The notes under the pieces were generated by a model. It saw nothing but the letters and a program-made list of their open reading frames with translations. It was not told the DNA's origin and searched no databases. Below, piece by piece: positions 1 through 8,341 of a stretch of DNA of 64,000 nucleotides. The translations under genes and the position numbers were made by a program. How positions within the stretch are numbered: the first letter of the stretch is position 1; every line of letters starts with the position of its first letter. This DNA comes from an uncultured Bacilli bacterium (lineage in GTDB: Bacteria; Bacillota_I; Bacilli_A; RF39; UBA660). The stretch is taken from positions 16,155 through 80,154 of the forward strand of contig CAKOIM010000002.1 of assembly GCA_934086815.1 (NCBI GenBank). Reading direction: 5' to 3'.

Positions 1-1
1 T

Positions 2-316
2 TTATTTTATAAAATACTTGAAGTTAATGTAAATGATATTAAACTTTTAGGGGATTTTTATAACTTGATAAATAATAATAAAATAGATACATATGATACG
101 TTAATAGATATATTTAATATTTATCAAGGAAATAAGAAAAAAATTGATTATACTAGTTTGAAAAATAGAATTAATAGAAAAAATTGCAAGAAAGTCTTAA
201 AAGAATGGGAAAGTATTAAAAAGAATAATATTTTTATTAATTATGATTTAAACAAAGTATTAGAAAAACTAGAAGATTTAGTAACGCTTTTAAGTAAATG
301 GGAAGGGAATGATTAA
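2..316 (+). CDS. hypothetical protein, 5' end lies off-window (the listed start at 65 is an internal TTG)
   Basis: Frame is open from nt 2 to TAA at 314-316. Lys/Asn-rich product with no recognisable motif. Confidence 0.4.
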   Translation, partial: LFYKILEVNVNDIKLLGDFYNLINNNKIDTYDTLIDIFNIYQGNKKKIDYTSLKNRINRKNCKKVLKEWESIKKNNIFINYDLNKVLEKLEDLVTLLSKWEGND

Positions 317-317
317 A

Positions 318-1730
318 ATGATTAAAAAAATAATAAGCTTTGTTATGCTTTTTATGGCATTAGTAATAAATGTCAAAGCAGAAACTTTTAAAGGCGGAGA
401 AGTAATAGATAATGTCTTTATTAAAAAGGTTTCTGGGTCTTTTGAAGAAAATAAAAAGGGACAATTTATAGTTGATAGTAGTAATGAATATGTTTATTGT
501 TTAGAACCTTTTGTAAAGGTAAAAAATAATGCTAATTATAATGTATATGAAACAAATTTTGCTGAATATTTAGGAATAAGTGAAAGCATTTGGCAACAAA
601 TTAATTTAATTGTCTATTATGGATATGAGTATAAAGATAATATATATGATCATACGGATTATAAATGGTATTATATAACCCAAATGTTAATATGGCGCCT
701 TGTTGATAGTAATGCTTCATTTTATTTTACGGATTACTTTAATGGGCCGATAAATGAGAATTTATTTGCCGGAGAAATTAAAGAAATTAATGATTTAGTG
801 GCAAATCACTTTGTAACTCCAAAGTTTGATTTTTCTAATCTTTATTTAAATGATTACGTAGAACTTGAAGATAATGCACATGTTTTAGATAAATTTAAGA
901 TAGATAATGACTTAATAAAAGTAGAGGACAATAAATTAAAGTTTAAAATTACTAATAAAAACATGAATTTTAGTTTAAGTAAAAATAATATGAATACAAA
1001 ATCTATTATTTATGTAAGTCCGGATAGTCAAAATATTATAAAAGGAAAAATGGATGTCCCAGTAAGTCAAAGTTATGAAATAAATGCTTTAGAAAAAACT
1101 GGTAATATAAGTATTAAAAAATATGGGGAAAAGATAAATATAATTAATAATTACTTATATTATAACGAGGATGTTTTAAGTAATATTGAGTTTACTTTAT
1201 ATGATGAAAATATGAATGTTTTAAGTGTTGGTAAAACTGATAAGTTTGGTAATTTAAACTTTCAAAATTTAGCTTTAGGAAAATACTATTTAAAAGAAAC
1301 TAATACGAATAATTTATATATTAAAGATGAAAGTACTTATGAAATAACCTTAGATGTAGATAGTAATAATAATGTTATTGATGTTTTTAAAGAGATTCAT
1401 AATAAATTAAAAAAGGGAAGTATTACAATATTAAAAAGAGATAAGAATACACAAGAAATTTTAAGTAATACTAAATTTAATTTATATTATAATGGTACCC
1501 TTATTTATACGGGAGTAACTAATGAAGATGGGATATTAAAAATAGATAACTTACCATATGGTAAATATTATTTACAAGAAGTTGAAGCTCAAAAAGGCTA
1601 TATACTAGATGAAGAAATAAAAGAAGTAGAAGTCTTAGATGATGATTATTTAATGGAAGTCTATAACATACCTCATACTTCAATAGATATAAATATAATT
1701 TATTATATTGAATGTAAAAATGACTTTTAA
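318..1730 (+). CDS. secreted thioester-domain (TQXA-type) adhesin with two Cna-B/SpaA-like domains
   Basis: Signal peptide MIKKIISFVMLFMALVINVKA/ET. Cys motif YVYCLEP and Gln motif YYITQMLIW match a thioester domain. Two repeats carry GKYYLKE / GKYYLQE and TDKFGN / NEDGIL, typical of Cna-B. SD GGGAAGGGA favours ATG 318 over 309. Confidence 0.75.
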   Translation: MIKKIISFVMLFMALVINVKAETFKGGEVIDNVFIKKVSGSFEENKKGQFIVDSSNEYVYCLEPFVKVKNNANYNVYETNFAEYLGISESIWQQINLIVYYGYEYKDNIYDHTDYKWYYITQMLIWRLVDSNASFYFTDYFNGPINENLFAGEIKEINDLVANHFVTPKFDFSNLYLNDYVELEDNAHVLDKFKIDNDLIKVEDNKLKFKITNKNMNFSLSKNNMNTKSIIYVSPDSQNIIKGKMDVPVSQSYEINALEKTGNISIKKYGEKINIINNYLYYNEDVLSNIEFTLYDENMNVLSVGKTDKFGNLNFQNLALGKYYLKETNTNNLYIKDESTYEITLDVDSNNNVIDVFKEIHNKLKKGSITILKRDKNTQEILSNTKFNLYYNGTLIYTGVTNEDGILKIDNLPYGKYYLQEVEAQKGYILDEEIKEVEVLDDDYLMEVYNIPHTSIDINIIYYIECKNDF

Positions 1731-1808
1731 AACTTAACCGGCTTAATTTTAAATGTTGTATTGAAGTTCTTTGTTTAATGGGTTATAATTATTTGACTGG
1801 TGGTTATT

Positions 1809-4358
1809 ATGTTAAGAAGTGAAGTAGATAAAAGTAAATTAAGCCCTATGATGGCTCAATATATGGAAATAAAAGAAAAATATGAAGAAGAATTAGTTTT
1901 TTATCGCTTAGGTGATTTCTATGAACTGTTTTTTGATGATGCCTTAATAGCTTCAAGAGAACTAGAACTAACATTAACAGGTAGAGCCGCAGGGTTAACT
2001 GAGCGAGTACCTATGTGTGGTGTACCTCATGTCAGTGTTAAAACTTATATTGAAAAACTTGTTAATAAAGGATATCGTGTAGCTATATGTGAACAATTAG
2101 ATGACCCAAAAGTAACAAAAGGAATGGTAAGAAGAGGAATAGTCGATGTAATTAGTAAAGGAACTATTGCTGATAATGATTTATTAAGTGAATTAGACTC
2201 TTCTTATATAGCGGGAATAATCTTTTTTAATGATTCTATTCTTTTAACTATCTTAGATATTTCTACTGGATATTTAGCTTGTGAAAAAATAGACAATGAC
2301 GAAAATAAGTTAATAAATGAAATACTTGCATATAATTTAAAAGAGGTTGTATTAATAGATAATCTAAATACGGCTTTAATAGATTTGCTTAAAAATACAT
2401 ATAATATTGAAGTTACCATTAGTAAAGATTTTTTATGGGAAAAGTATGATGAATTATACAAAACAATTAATGATGCGCAAATAAAAAGTGGCGTAGCTCA
2501 TTTGTTTTATTATTTAAGTGTACGCCAATTAAAGGATTTATCACATATTAAAAAAATTGAGTATATAAATAAAGATGCATATTTAAAGATGGACGTTCAT
2601 AGTATCAGAAATTTAGAATTAGTTGAAACTTTACGTTTAAAAGAAAGGACATATTCTCTTTTATGGTTGCTTGATAAATGTAAAACTGCGATGGGAAGTC
2701 GTAAACTTAAAAATTGGTTGTTGAATCCCTTAAAAGATAAAGATAAAATAAATGCTAGATATGATAAAATAGAAAAATTAAATAATGAATTTATTTTGAA
2801 AGATGAACTTAAAAATGCTTTATATGAAGTTTATGATATTGAAAGATTATCAGGAAAAGTTATAAATGGCTCTTTAAATGCTCGAGATTTAGTACAACTA
2901 AGAAATAGTTTAAAAGTATTACCTACGATTAAAGATATTTTAAAAAAGTTAGATTTTGGATATGATATTGATACCCATTCAGATATATATAAGTTATTAA
3001 GCGATGCTTTAGTAGATAATCCTCCGATTGGAATAAAAGATGGATTTATGATTAAACCAGGATATAATAAAGATTTAGATGAACTTAAAAGTATTCGTAG
3101 TGGTGGAAAAGAATTTGTGGCATCGTTTGAGGCAAAAGTTAAAGAAGAAACTGGAATTAAAAACTTAAAGATTGGATTTAATAAAGTTTTTGGTTATTAT
3201 ATTGAAGTTCCAAATGGAAGTAAAAATTTAGTTAAGGAAGAATATAATTGGTATCGAAAACAAACATTAACTAATTGTGAAAGATATATTTCTCCGGAAT
3301 TAAAAGAAAAAGAAAGTTTAATATTAAATGCGGAAGAAAATATTATTAATTTAGAATATAACTTATTTTGTGAAATTAAAGAAATTGTTAAAAAGAGTGT
3401 ACCTAAGTTAAACTTAACAGCAAATGAGTTAAGTGAGATAGATGCTTTAGTATCTTTAGCTGTTTGTAGTGAAGAATATAATTTAGTAAGACCAATATTA
3501 GTTGATAGTGGAAAAATAAATATTAAAGATGGACGTCATCCAGTTGTAGAAGTAGTAAGTAAAGAAGAATATGTACCTAATGATTGTGTTATGGAAAATG
3601 GAATAAATACTTTGCTTATTACAGGACCTAATATGAGTGGTAAATCTACGTTTATGCGTCAACTTGCCATAATTATTGTAATGGCTCAAATGGGATCTTT
3701 TGTCCCAGCTAAAAGTGCAACTCTACCAATTATTGATAAGATTTTTACTCGTATCGGAGCTAGTGATGACTTAGTAAGTGGAGAATCTACATTTATGGTT
3801 GAGATGAAAGAAGCAAGAAATGCTATTAAAGGAGCTACTAAAAATAGTTTGATTATATTTGATGAACTAGGAAGAGGAACTGCAACTTATGATGGTATGA
3901 GCCTAGCTCAAGCAATACTCGAATATATTAGTGAAAATATCGGGGCATTTACTCTTTTTTCTACTCATTATCATGAATTAACTAAACTTGAAAAAAAATT
4001 TAAAAACATTAAAAATGTTCATGTAAGTGCCATTGAAAATGGTAAGGAAATTACATTTCTTCATAAAATAAAATCTGGAGCGGTAGATAAAAGTTACGGT
4101 ATACATGTTGCAAGACTTGCTGATATGCCAGATAAATTATTAGATCGTGCCGAAGAAATTTTAGCGGAATATGAAAGTAAAGAAAGAAAGAAAAATCCGG
4201 AAGAAAAAATACAATTAACGATGGATTTTTGTGATTCTCCGGAACAAAAAGAAGATGTTATTAAAGAAACAATTGAAAAAATTGATGTTTTAAATACAAC
4301 ACCAATTGAAGCATTAAATATATTATTTGATTTAAAACAAAGAATAAAAAATAAGTAA
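1809..4358 (+). CDS. mutS: DNA mismatch repair protein MutS
   Basis: N-terminal MMAQYMEIK...LVFYRLGDFYELF, Walker A GPNMSGKST, TFMVEM, STHYHEL. ATG 1809 follows GGTGG. Confidence 0.97.
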   Translation: MLRSEVDKSKLSPMMAQYMEIKEKYEEELVFYRLGDFYELFFDDALIASRELELTLTGRAAGLTERVPMCGVPHVSVKTYIEKLVNKGYRVAICEQLDDPKVTKGMVRRGIVDVISKGTIADNDLLSELDSSYIAGIIFFNDSILLTILDISTGYLACEKIDNDENKLINEILAYNLKEVVLIDNLNTALIDLLKNTYNIEVTISKDFLWEKYDELYKTINDAQIKSGVAHLFYYLSVRQLKDLSHIKKIEYINKDAYLKMDVHSIRNLELVETLRLKERTYSLLWLLDKCKTAMGSRKLKNWLLNPLKDKDKINARYDKIEKLNNEFILKDELKNALYEVYDIERLSGKVINGSLNARDLVQLRNSLKVLPTIKDILKKLDFGYDIDTHSDIYKLLSDALVDNPPIGIKDGFMIKPGYNKDLDELKSIRSGGKEFVASFEAKVKEETGIKNLKIGFNKVFGYYIEVPNGSKNLVKEEYNWYRKQTLTNCERYISPELKEKESLILNAEENIINLEYNLFCEIKEIVKKSVPKLNLTANELSEIDALVSLAVCSEEYNLVRPILVDSGKINIKDGRHPVVEVVSKEEYVPNDCVMENGINTLLITGPNMSGKSTFMRQLAIIIVMAQMGSFVPAKSATLPIIDKIFTRIGASDDLVSGESTFMVEMKEARNAIKGATKNSLIIFDELGRGTATYDGMSLAQAILEYISENIGAFTLFSTHYHELTKLEKKFKNIKNVHVSAIENGKEITFLHKIKSGAVDKSYGIHVARLADMPDKLLDRAEEILAEYESKERKKNPEEKIQLTMDFCDSPEQKEDVIKETIEKIDVLNTTPIEALNILFDLKQRIKNK

Positions 4359-4382
4359 TTAGATGTTTATTACTTATTTTTT
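4350..4382 (+). terminator. rho-independent terminator after mutS
   Basis: AATAAGTAA (4350-4358) pairs with TTACTTATT (4370-4378), followed by a T-run. Confidence 0.6.
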
Positions 4383-4399
4383 ATGTACAAATTAATTAT

Positions 4400-4426
4400 A
4401 CATTTTACTGTAACTGTCATAAATTA
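4400..4426 (+). promoter_or_regulatory. candidate SigK-like (late mother-cell) promoter upstream of the collagen-like gene
   Basis: AC (4400-4401), a 16-nt spacer, then CATAAATTA (4418-4426). This fits the remembered B. subtilis SigK pattern AC-N16/17-CATAnnnTA. A chance match is possible in AT-rich DNA. Confidence 0.25.
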
Positions 4427-4469
4427 AGATATAAAAATAATATTTTAGTACTTAAAGAAAGGGGAAAAA

Positions 4470-5516
4470 ATGTATAATAAAATTAAAAAAAGAATTCAAG
4501 AAGAACAAAATAAATATAAATATTGCTATATACAAGGGCCAAAAGGGGATAAGGGGGATATAGGCCCTCAAGGTGAAAAAGGTGAACGAGGCTTGCCAGG
4601 ACCGGTGAGTATAGAAATTGGAACTACCGAGGTTGTTGAATCTTTTGAAAATGCAAGTGTTGAAAATGTTGGTACAAAAGAAGATGTAATATTAAATTTT
4701 AAAATACCTAAAGGATTGCAAGGGCTAAAAGGTGAAAAAGGAGATCCGGGGCCATCAACTATTAAGGTTGGTAATGTTGAAACTATAGAGCCAGATAAAG
4801 AGGCCGAAGTAATAAATGTGGGAACTCCTTTAGATGTTGTTTTAAATTTTAAAATACCAAGAGGTGAAAAAGGTATTCAAGGAGATACGGGGCCTAGAGG
4901 AATGCCAGGTGAAATTGGAAGGACAGAACATATTGCCATCGATGTTACGGAAACATTAGAAGCCGGAGAACCTGCTCAAGTTATGGATACTTTTGAAAAT
5001 TGGGTTCATCATTTAACGTTTTTAATTCCCAAGGGAGATAAGGGGGATATAGGACAAAGAGGACCTCAAGGGCCAGCCGGGCCACCGGGAACATCGTTTA
5101 CCCCATCTTATGGTATTAGATATTCAATGGTTGATACACAAATAAATTTGCCACAAGCAACAGATACCGTAATCCCTTTACCAGAAAAAGGAACTTCATT
5201 TCTTGTTGAATACCCAGATAATAATTCTATTAAAATAAAAGAAAGTGGTGTTTATTTAGTATCTTATTTGTTATGTGGAGCTACAAACGAAGAATGTTCT
5301 ATAACGTTATCAGTTAGAGCAAATAATATATTACAACCAGCAACAAGTGCAACTAGTGAATTTAGCGCCCAAATGATAAATAATATAAGTGGTTCTACTA
5401 TTTGTTCACTACAACCAGATGATCTTATAACATTAAATGCTAAGTCTTCTAAAACAGTTAACATGAAGTTTAATGGAAGTACAAATGCAATGTTAAATGT
5501 AACAAAAATACATTAA
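4470..5516 (+). CDS. collagen-like triple-helix repeat protein with BclA/C1q-like C-terminal domain, no signal peptide
   Basis: Four G-X-Y runs (GPKGDKGDIGPQGEKGERGLPGP, GLQGLKGEKGDPGP, GEKGIQGDTGPRGMPGE, GDKGDIGQRGPQGPAGPPG). They alternate with three ~37-aa modules ending LNFKIP(K/R)G or FLIPKG. The ~140-aa C-terminal globular domain resembles the exosporium BclA C-domain pattern. Confidence 0.8.
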   Translation: MYNKIKKRIQEEQNKYKYCYIQGPKGDKGDIGPQGEKGERGLPGPVSIEIGTTEVVESFENASVENVGTKEDVILNFKIPKGLQGLKGEKGDPGPSTIKVGNVETIEPDKEAEVINVGTPLDVVLNFKIPRGEKGIQGDTGPRGMPGEIGRTEHIAIDVTETLEAGEPAQVMDTFENWVHHLTFLIPKGDKGDIGQRGPQGPAGPPGTSFTPSYGIRYSMVDTQINLPQATDTVIPLPEKGTSFLVEYPDNNSIKIKESGVYLVSYLLCGATNEECSITLSVRANNILQPATSATSEFSAQMINNISGSTICSLQPDDLITLNAKSSKTVNMKFNGSTNAMLNVTKIH

Positions 5517-5517
5517 G
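5486..5517 (+). repeat. 32-nt direct repeat, copy 1 (last codons plus stop of the collagen-like gene)
   Basis: TGCAATGTTAAATGTAACAAAAATACATTAAG is identical to 5982-6013. Confidence 0.95.
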
Positions 5518-5520
5518 AGT

Positions 5521-5556
5521 CTGTAATGAAATAAAATAATTTCATACAGCTTTTTA
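5521..5556 (+). terminator. rho-independent terminator after the collagen-like gene
   Basis: CTGTAATGAAAT pairs with ATTTCATACAG (one bulge), followed by CTTTTT. Confidence 0.6.
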
Positions 5557-5774
5557 CTTTGGAAAAGGAAATTTTTCTGTTTTTAAATCACTTGACTTTT
5601 TAATTAATAAAATTTCGCGTCGATATATCTATACTAACACCAAGAATCAATTATAATTGCAACGAAAAAGAGGTATTAAAATTTTTATAAGATAGGTATC
5701 ATGAATATATAAAAATGTAAAAAGTGTAGAGATATCATGCACATGATTTAAAATGAGGTTAATAAAAAATGGCA

Positions 5775-5826
5775 TTTCCAAAACTTGTCGAATTTTAATA
5801 GTTTTGGAAATATTTTTCCAAAACTT
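5775..5826. repeat. three copies of an 11-12 nt element (direct-inverted-direct) able to form two mutually exclusive hairpins
   Basis: TTTCCAAAACT at 5775-5785, its complement AGTTTTGGAAA at 5800-5810, and TTTCCAAAACT again at 5815-5825. Confidence 0.8.
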
Positions 5827-5981
5827 AGATATTCTTTAAAAGATAATGGTAACATTTTTATTTAGTAACATACTAAAAGATAGATGAAAAAGTTATCAAA
5901 AAAGATATGAAGATGCAAGAAATATAGGCTTCGATGAAATATTAATTTGTTTAAAAAAGATTATTAATGTAATAGTAGATG

Positions 5982-6013
5982 TGCAATGTTAAATGTAACA
6001 AAAATACATTAAG
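5982..6013 (+). repeat. 32-nt direct repeat, copy 2 (orphan 3'-end fragment of the collagen-like gene)
   Basis: Identical to 5486-5517. The upstream in-frame sequence carries a stop, so this is only a fragment. Confidence 0.95.
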
Positions 6014-6096
6014 GATGGTAAAACATTCTTTTTTGTATGAATTAATTATTTCCCCTTTTATATAAATCATAAAATATTAAAAAGGAAGGTGATAAT

Positions 6097-7953
6097 ATAC
6101 AAATAATAGATGATAACACAGTAGTAGTTACGACTAGCGAAGAATTTAAACAAGCAGTAAGTGAAAATAACAATTATAACTATATTTATTTAGGGTCAGA
6201 TATTACACTTACAAGTGGCTTTATTATAAATAGTAACAAAAGTAAAGTTGTAATTGATGGAACTTATAATAATGTAAAATATACCTATACAAATAATCTT
6301 AGTTTAGAAGAAGATGCTATTAGAGTAAGTACACAAAATAAAAGAATTATATTAAAAAATATGAATATTATATCATCTCATGGGTATGGTGTTGTATATG
6401 TACCATCTCATCCCAATTATTCTAATGTACTAGTAGAATATAATAATATAGTTTTTGAGGGAATTGAATTGTCTTGTAATTATTATGGTTCAACCAAAAT
6501 AGTAAATTCAATTATAGATATAAAAGATACAAATAATGTACCAGCCCAAAAAGCTTGTGATTCTAATAGAATTATAATAGACGGTAATTCAACAATAACA
6601 AGTAATTCAACAACAAATACAGTTTTTTTCTTTAATGATGTTATACCATCTTATTTAAAGATAATGCCAAATAGTAGAGTAAGTATAACAACTAAAAAAG
6701 AACTTATGAATGGAACAAATAGAATGGATTTAATAGTAGGACATGGTTCAGAATTTCTTTTAACTACCGGTAATGGTTTTGCAATAACAACAACACATGG
6801 GGCTAGAAATGTATTAATCGAGGAAATGGCCACATTTACTTTTATTGAAAACTCACACCAAAGAGTTCCTATGTGGAATGTATTCGGAGATTTTAAGGTT
6901 AAAGAAGGTGCAAGTGTTTCAATTCTTAATACATATATGACTACACCAACAGATAATTATAATATTTACTTTAAAGGAACAAACCAAAAATTTATATTAG
7001 ATAATCCTAAATATGTAAATATTTATACTAAAAATGCATGTGTTGTTTATGCTAATAATCCGGTTGATTTTACATTTAAATTTACGAGAATAAACATGTG
7101 GATATATGCCCTTGATTATTCTTCGGCTTGTACTATAGATGATACCCCAGCATTTTTTTGGCATAAAGAAAATTCTTTAGCAGAACTAAAAGGCGTTTTA
7201 AATAAAGATAGTACTACTATTACATCACATAATTTTACAGAAAAAGAATTAAGTTCTTTATCAGATATAAATAGTTTTTCTTTTCAAAATACAAAAGTTT
7301 TAACAATAGGTTTTTTAAAAATAAATGTTCATCCTATTACTGATAGTAATGATACTATTTCAGGACATACAATACCACATTCAAATATAAAAATAGAATA
7401 CGATGGGAATAGTCTAAGTACAACTGCAGATGAAAATGGTTTTTTTGAAGTAAGTATTAATGCACCTATAACTAGTAATACTAGAATTAGAATAATATCT
7501 TGTTTAAATAGTTGTTTTGCTGAAAGAATAATACTAACACCCTTTATGGGCGAACTAACACTTTTAAAAGCAACTGAAAATATTACTTTTAGTAGTGTTC
7601 CATCATCAACAAATCCCATTATCTTACCAAAGGAAAATAAAACTGTCGTGACTGTTGTTGATAGTAGAGTTAATAGTTCTAATTGGAAACTTTACATACA
7701 TTTTATAAATCCAATGCTAGAGGCAAGCGGTAAGGTATTAATAGATTCATTATTTTTCAAAAAATTTAACAATGAAGAAATACTTTTAAAAACAAATAAA
7801 AAACTAGTATATGAATCTAATGATAATGGGGGGGATGTAAGTGTAAGTAATGTTACATTTTCAACTGATAAAGGCTTATTTTTAAAGCCAAGTAATAATT
7901 TACTAGAGGATGAGGATTATTCTACTATTGTAATATGGAGTATAGAAGAATAA
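6097..7953 (+). CDS. beta-helix (pectate-lyase-like) protein with Ig-like middle domain and WxL-like C-terminal domain; start codon uncertain (first ATG at 6361)
   Basis: The frame is open from the TAA at 6070-6072 to 7953. SD AAGGAAGGTGA (6082-6092) is followed by ATA codons at 6097/6103/6106. The pre-ATG peptide VVVTTSEEFKQAVSENNNYNYIYLGSDITLTSGF looks like a beta-helix N-cap. The C-terminus has NWKLY ... VIWSIEE, spaced like two WxL motifs. No signal peptide. Confidence 0.6.
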   Translation: MQIIDDNTVVVTTSEEFKQAVSENNNYNYIYLGSDITLTSGFIINSNKSKVVIDGTYNNVKYTYTNNLSLEEDAIRVSTQNKRIILKNMNIISSHGYGVVYVPSHPNYSNVLVEYNNIVFEGIELSCNYYGSTKIVNSIIDIKDTNNVPAQKACDSNRIIIDGNSTITSNSTTNTVFFFNDVIPSYLKIMPNSRVSITTKKELMNGTNRMDLIVGHGSEFLLTTGNGFAITTTHGARNVLIEEMATFTFIENSHQRVPMWNVFGDFKVKEGASVSILNTYMTTPTDNYNIYFKGTNQKFILDNPKYVNIYTKNACVVYANNPVDFTFKFTRINMWIYALDYSSACTIDDTPAFFWHKENSLAELKGVLNKDSTTITSHNFTEKELSSLSDINSFSFQNTKVLTIGFLKINVHPITDSNDTISGHTIPHSNIKIEYDGNSLSTTADENGFFEVSINAPITSNTRIRIISCLNSCFAERIILTPFMGELTLLKATENITFSSVPSSTNPIILPKENKTVVTVVDSRVNSSNWKLYIHFINPMLEASGKVLIDSLFFKKFNNEEILLKTNKKLVYESNDNGGDVSVSNVTFSTDKGLFLKPSNNLLEDEDYSTIVIWSIEE

Positions 7954-7987
7954 CTTTAGTTTAAAAAATATTGTGATGGGGTGATGT

Positions 7988-8341
7988 ATGCAAAATGAAT
8001 ATATTTATATAAAGCTATGTGGTATAAACATACCACATGGAAAACTTATTTTGAAAAATAAATGTAATAAAACTGTTTTTAGTTGTTATATAAAAAATAC
8101 TAATATAATTAAATTACCTATTTGCAATTTAGAGGTTTATAAATTAATTATAATTACTGATATAAATGATTATATAATACCTTTAATTGCAAGAAAAAAT
8201 GAAACATATTACATTAATATTAATAATAATCTTAGTGTTAAAAAACGTTTTATTACAATAAGGCTAATGGATGCCAATTATCCAAATTTAAGAATAAAAG
8301 GAGGGGAAATGATAATATGGCAAGACATACAATTCCAATAA
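7988..8341 (+). CDS. hypothetical protein; its C-terminus starts a CarboxypepD_reg/Ig-like strand motif
   Basis: SD GGGGTGA precedes the ATG. It ends ITIRLMDANYPNLRIKGGEMII.. and overlaps the next ORF by 25 nt in another frame. Confidence 0.45.
   Translation: MQNEYIYIKLCGINIPHGKLILKNKCNKTVFSCYIKNTNIIKLPICNLEVYKLIIITDINDYIIPLIARKNETYYININNNLSVKKRFITIRLMDANYPNLRIKGGEMIIWQDIQFQ

Noticed and set aside
2204-3689. Antisense ORFs inside mutS (2204-2461, 3498-3689). Similar shadow ORFs occur at 5264-5464, 6651-6833, 7329-7619, 8494-8682, 9489-9779, 12354-12695, 17486-17764, 18084-18350, 21022-21225, 21444-21629, 22597-22788, 23382-23726, 45126-45353, 48316-48501, 50401-50637, 50828-51190, 51297-51515, 53401-53598, 56346-56537, 57236-57454 and 59665-59895.
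   Set aside because: All lie fully inside, and antisense to, well-supported genes. Their low-complexity Ile/Phe/Leu/Ser-rich translations are typical of the reverse strand of AT-rich coding DNA, and none has an RBS.
6068-6076. A second SigK-like -10 (CATAAAATA) in front of the beta-helix ORF.
   Set aside because: There is no AC at the -35 position, and the implied transcript start would fall inside the SD. It is probably a chance match in AT-rich DNA.
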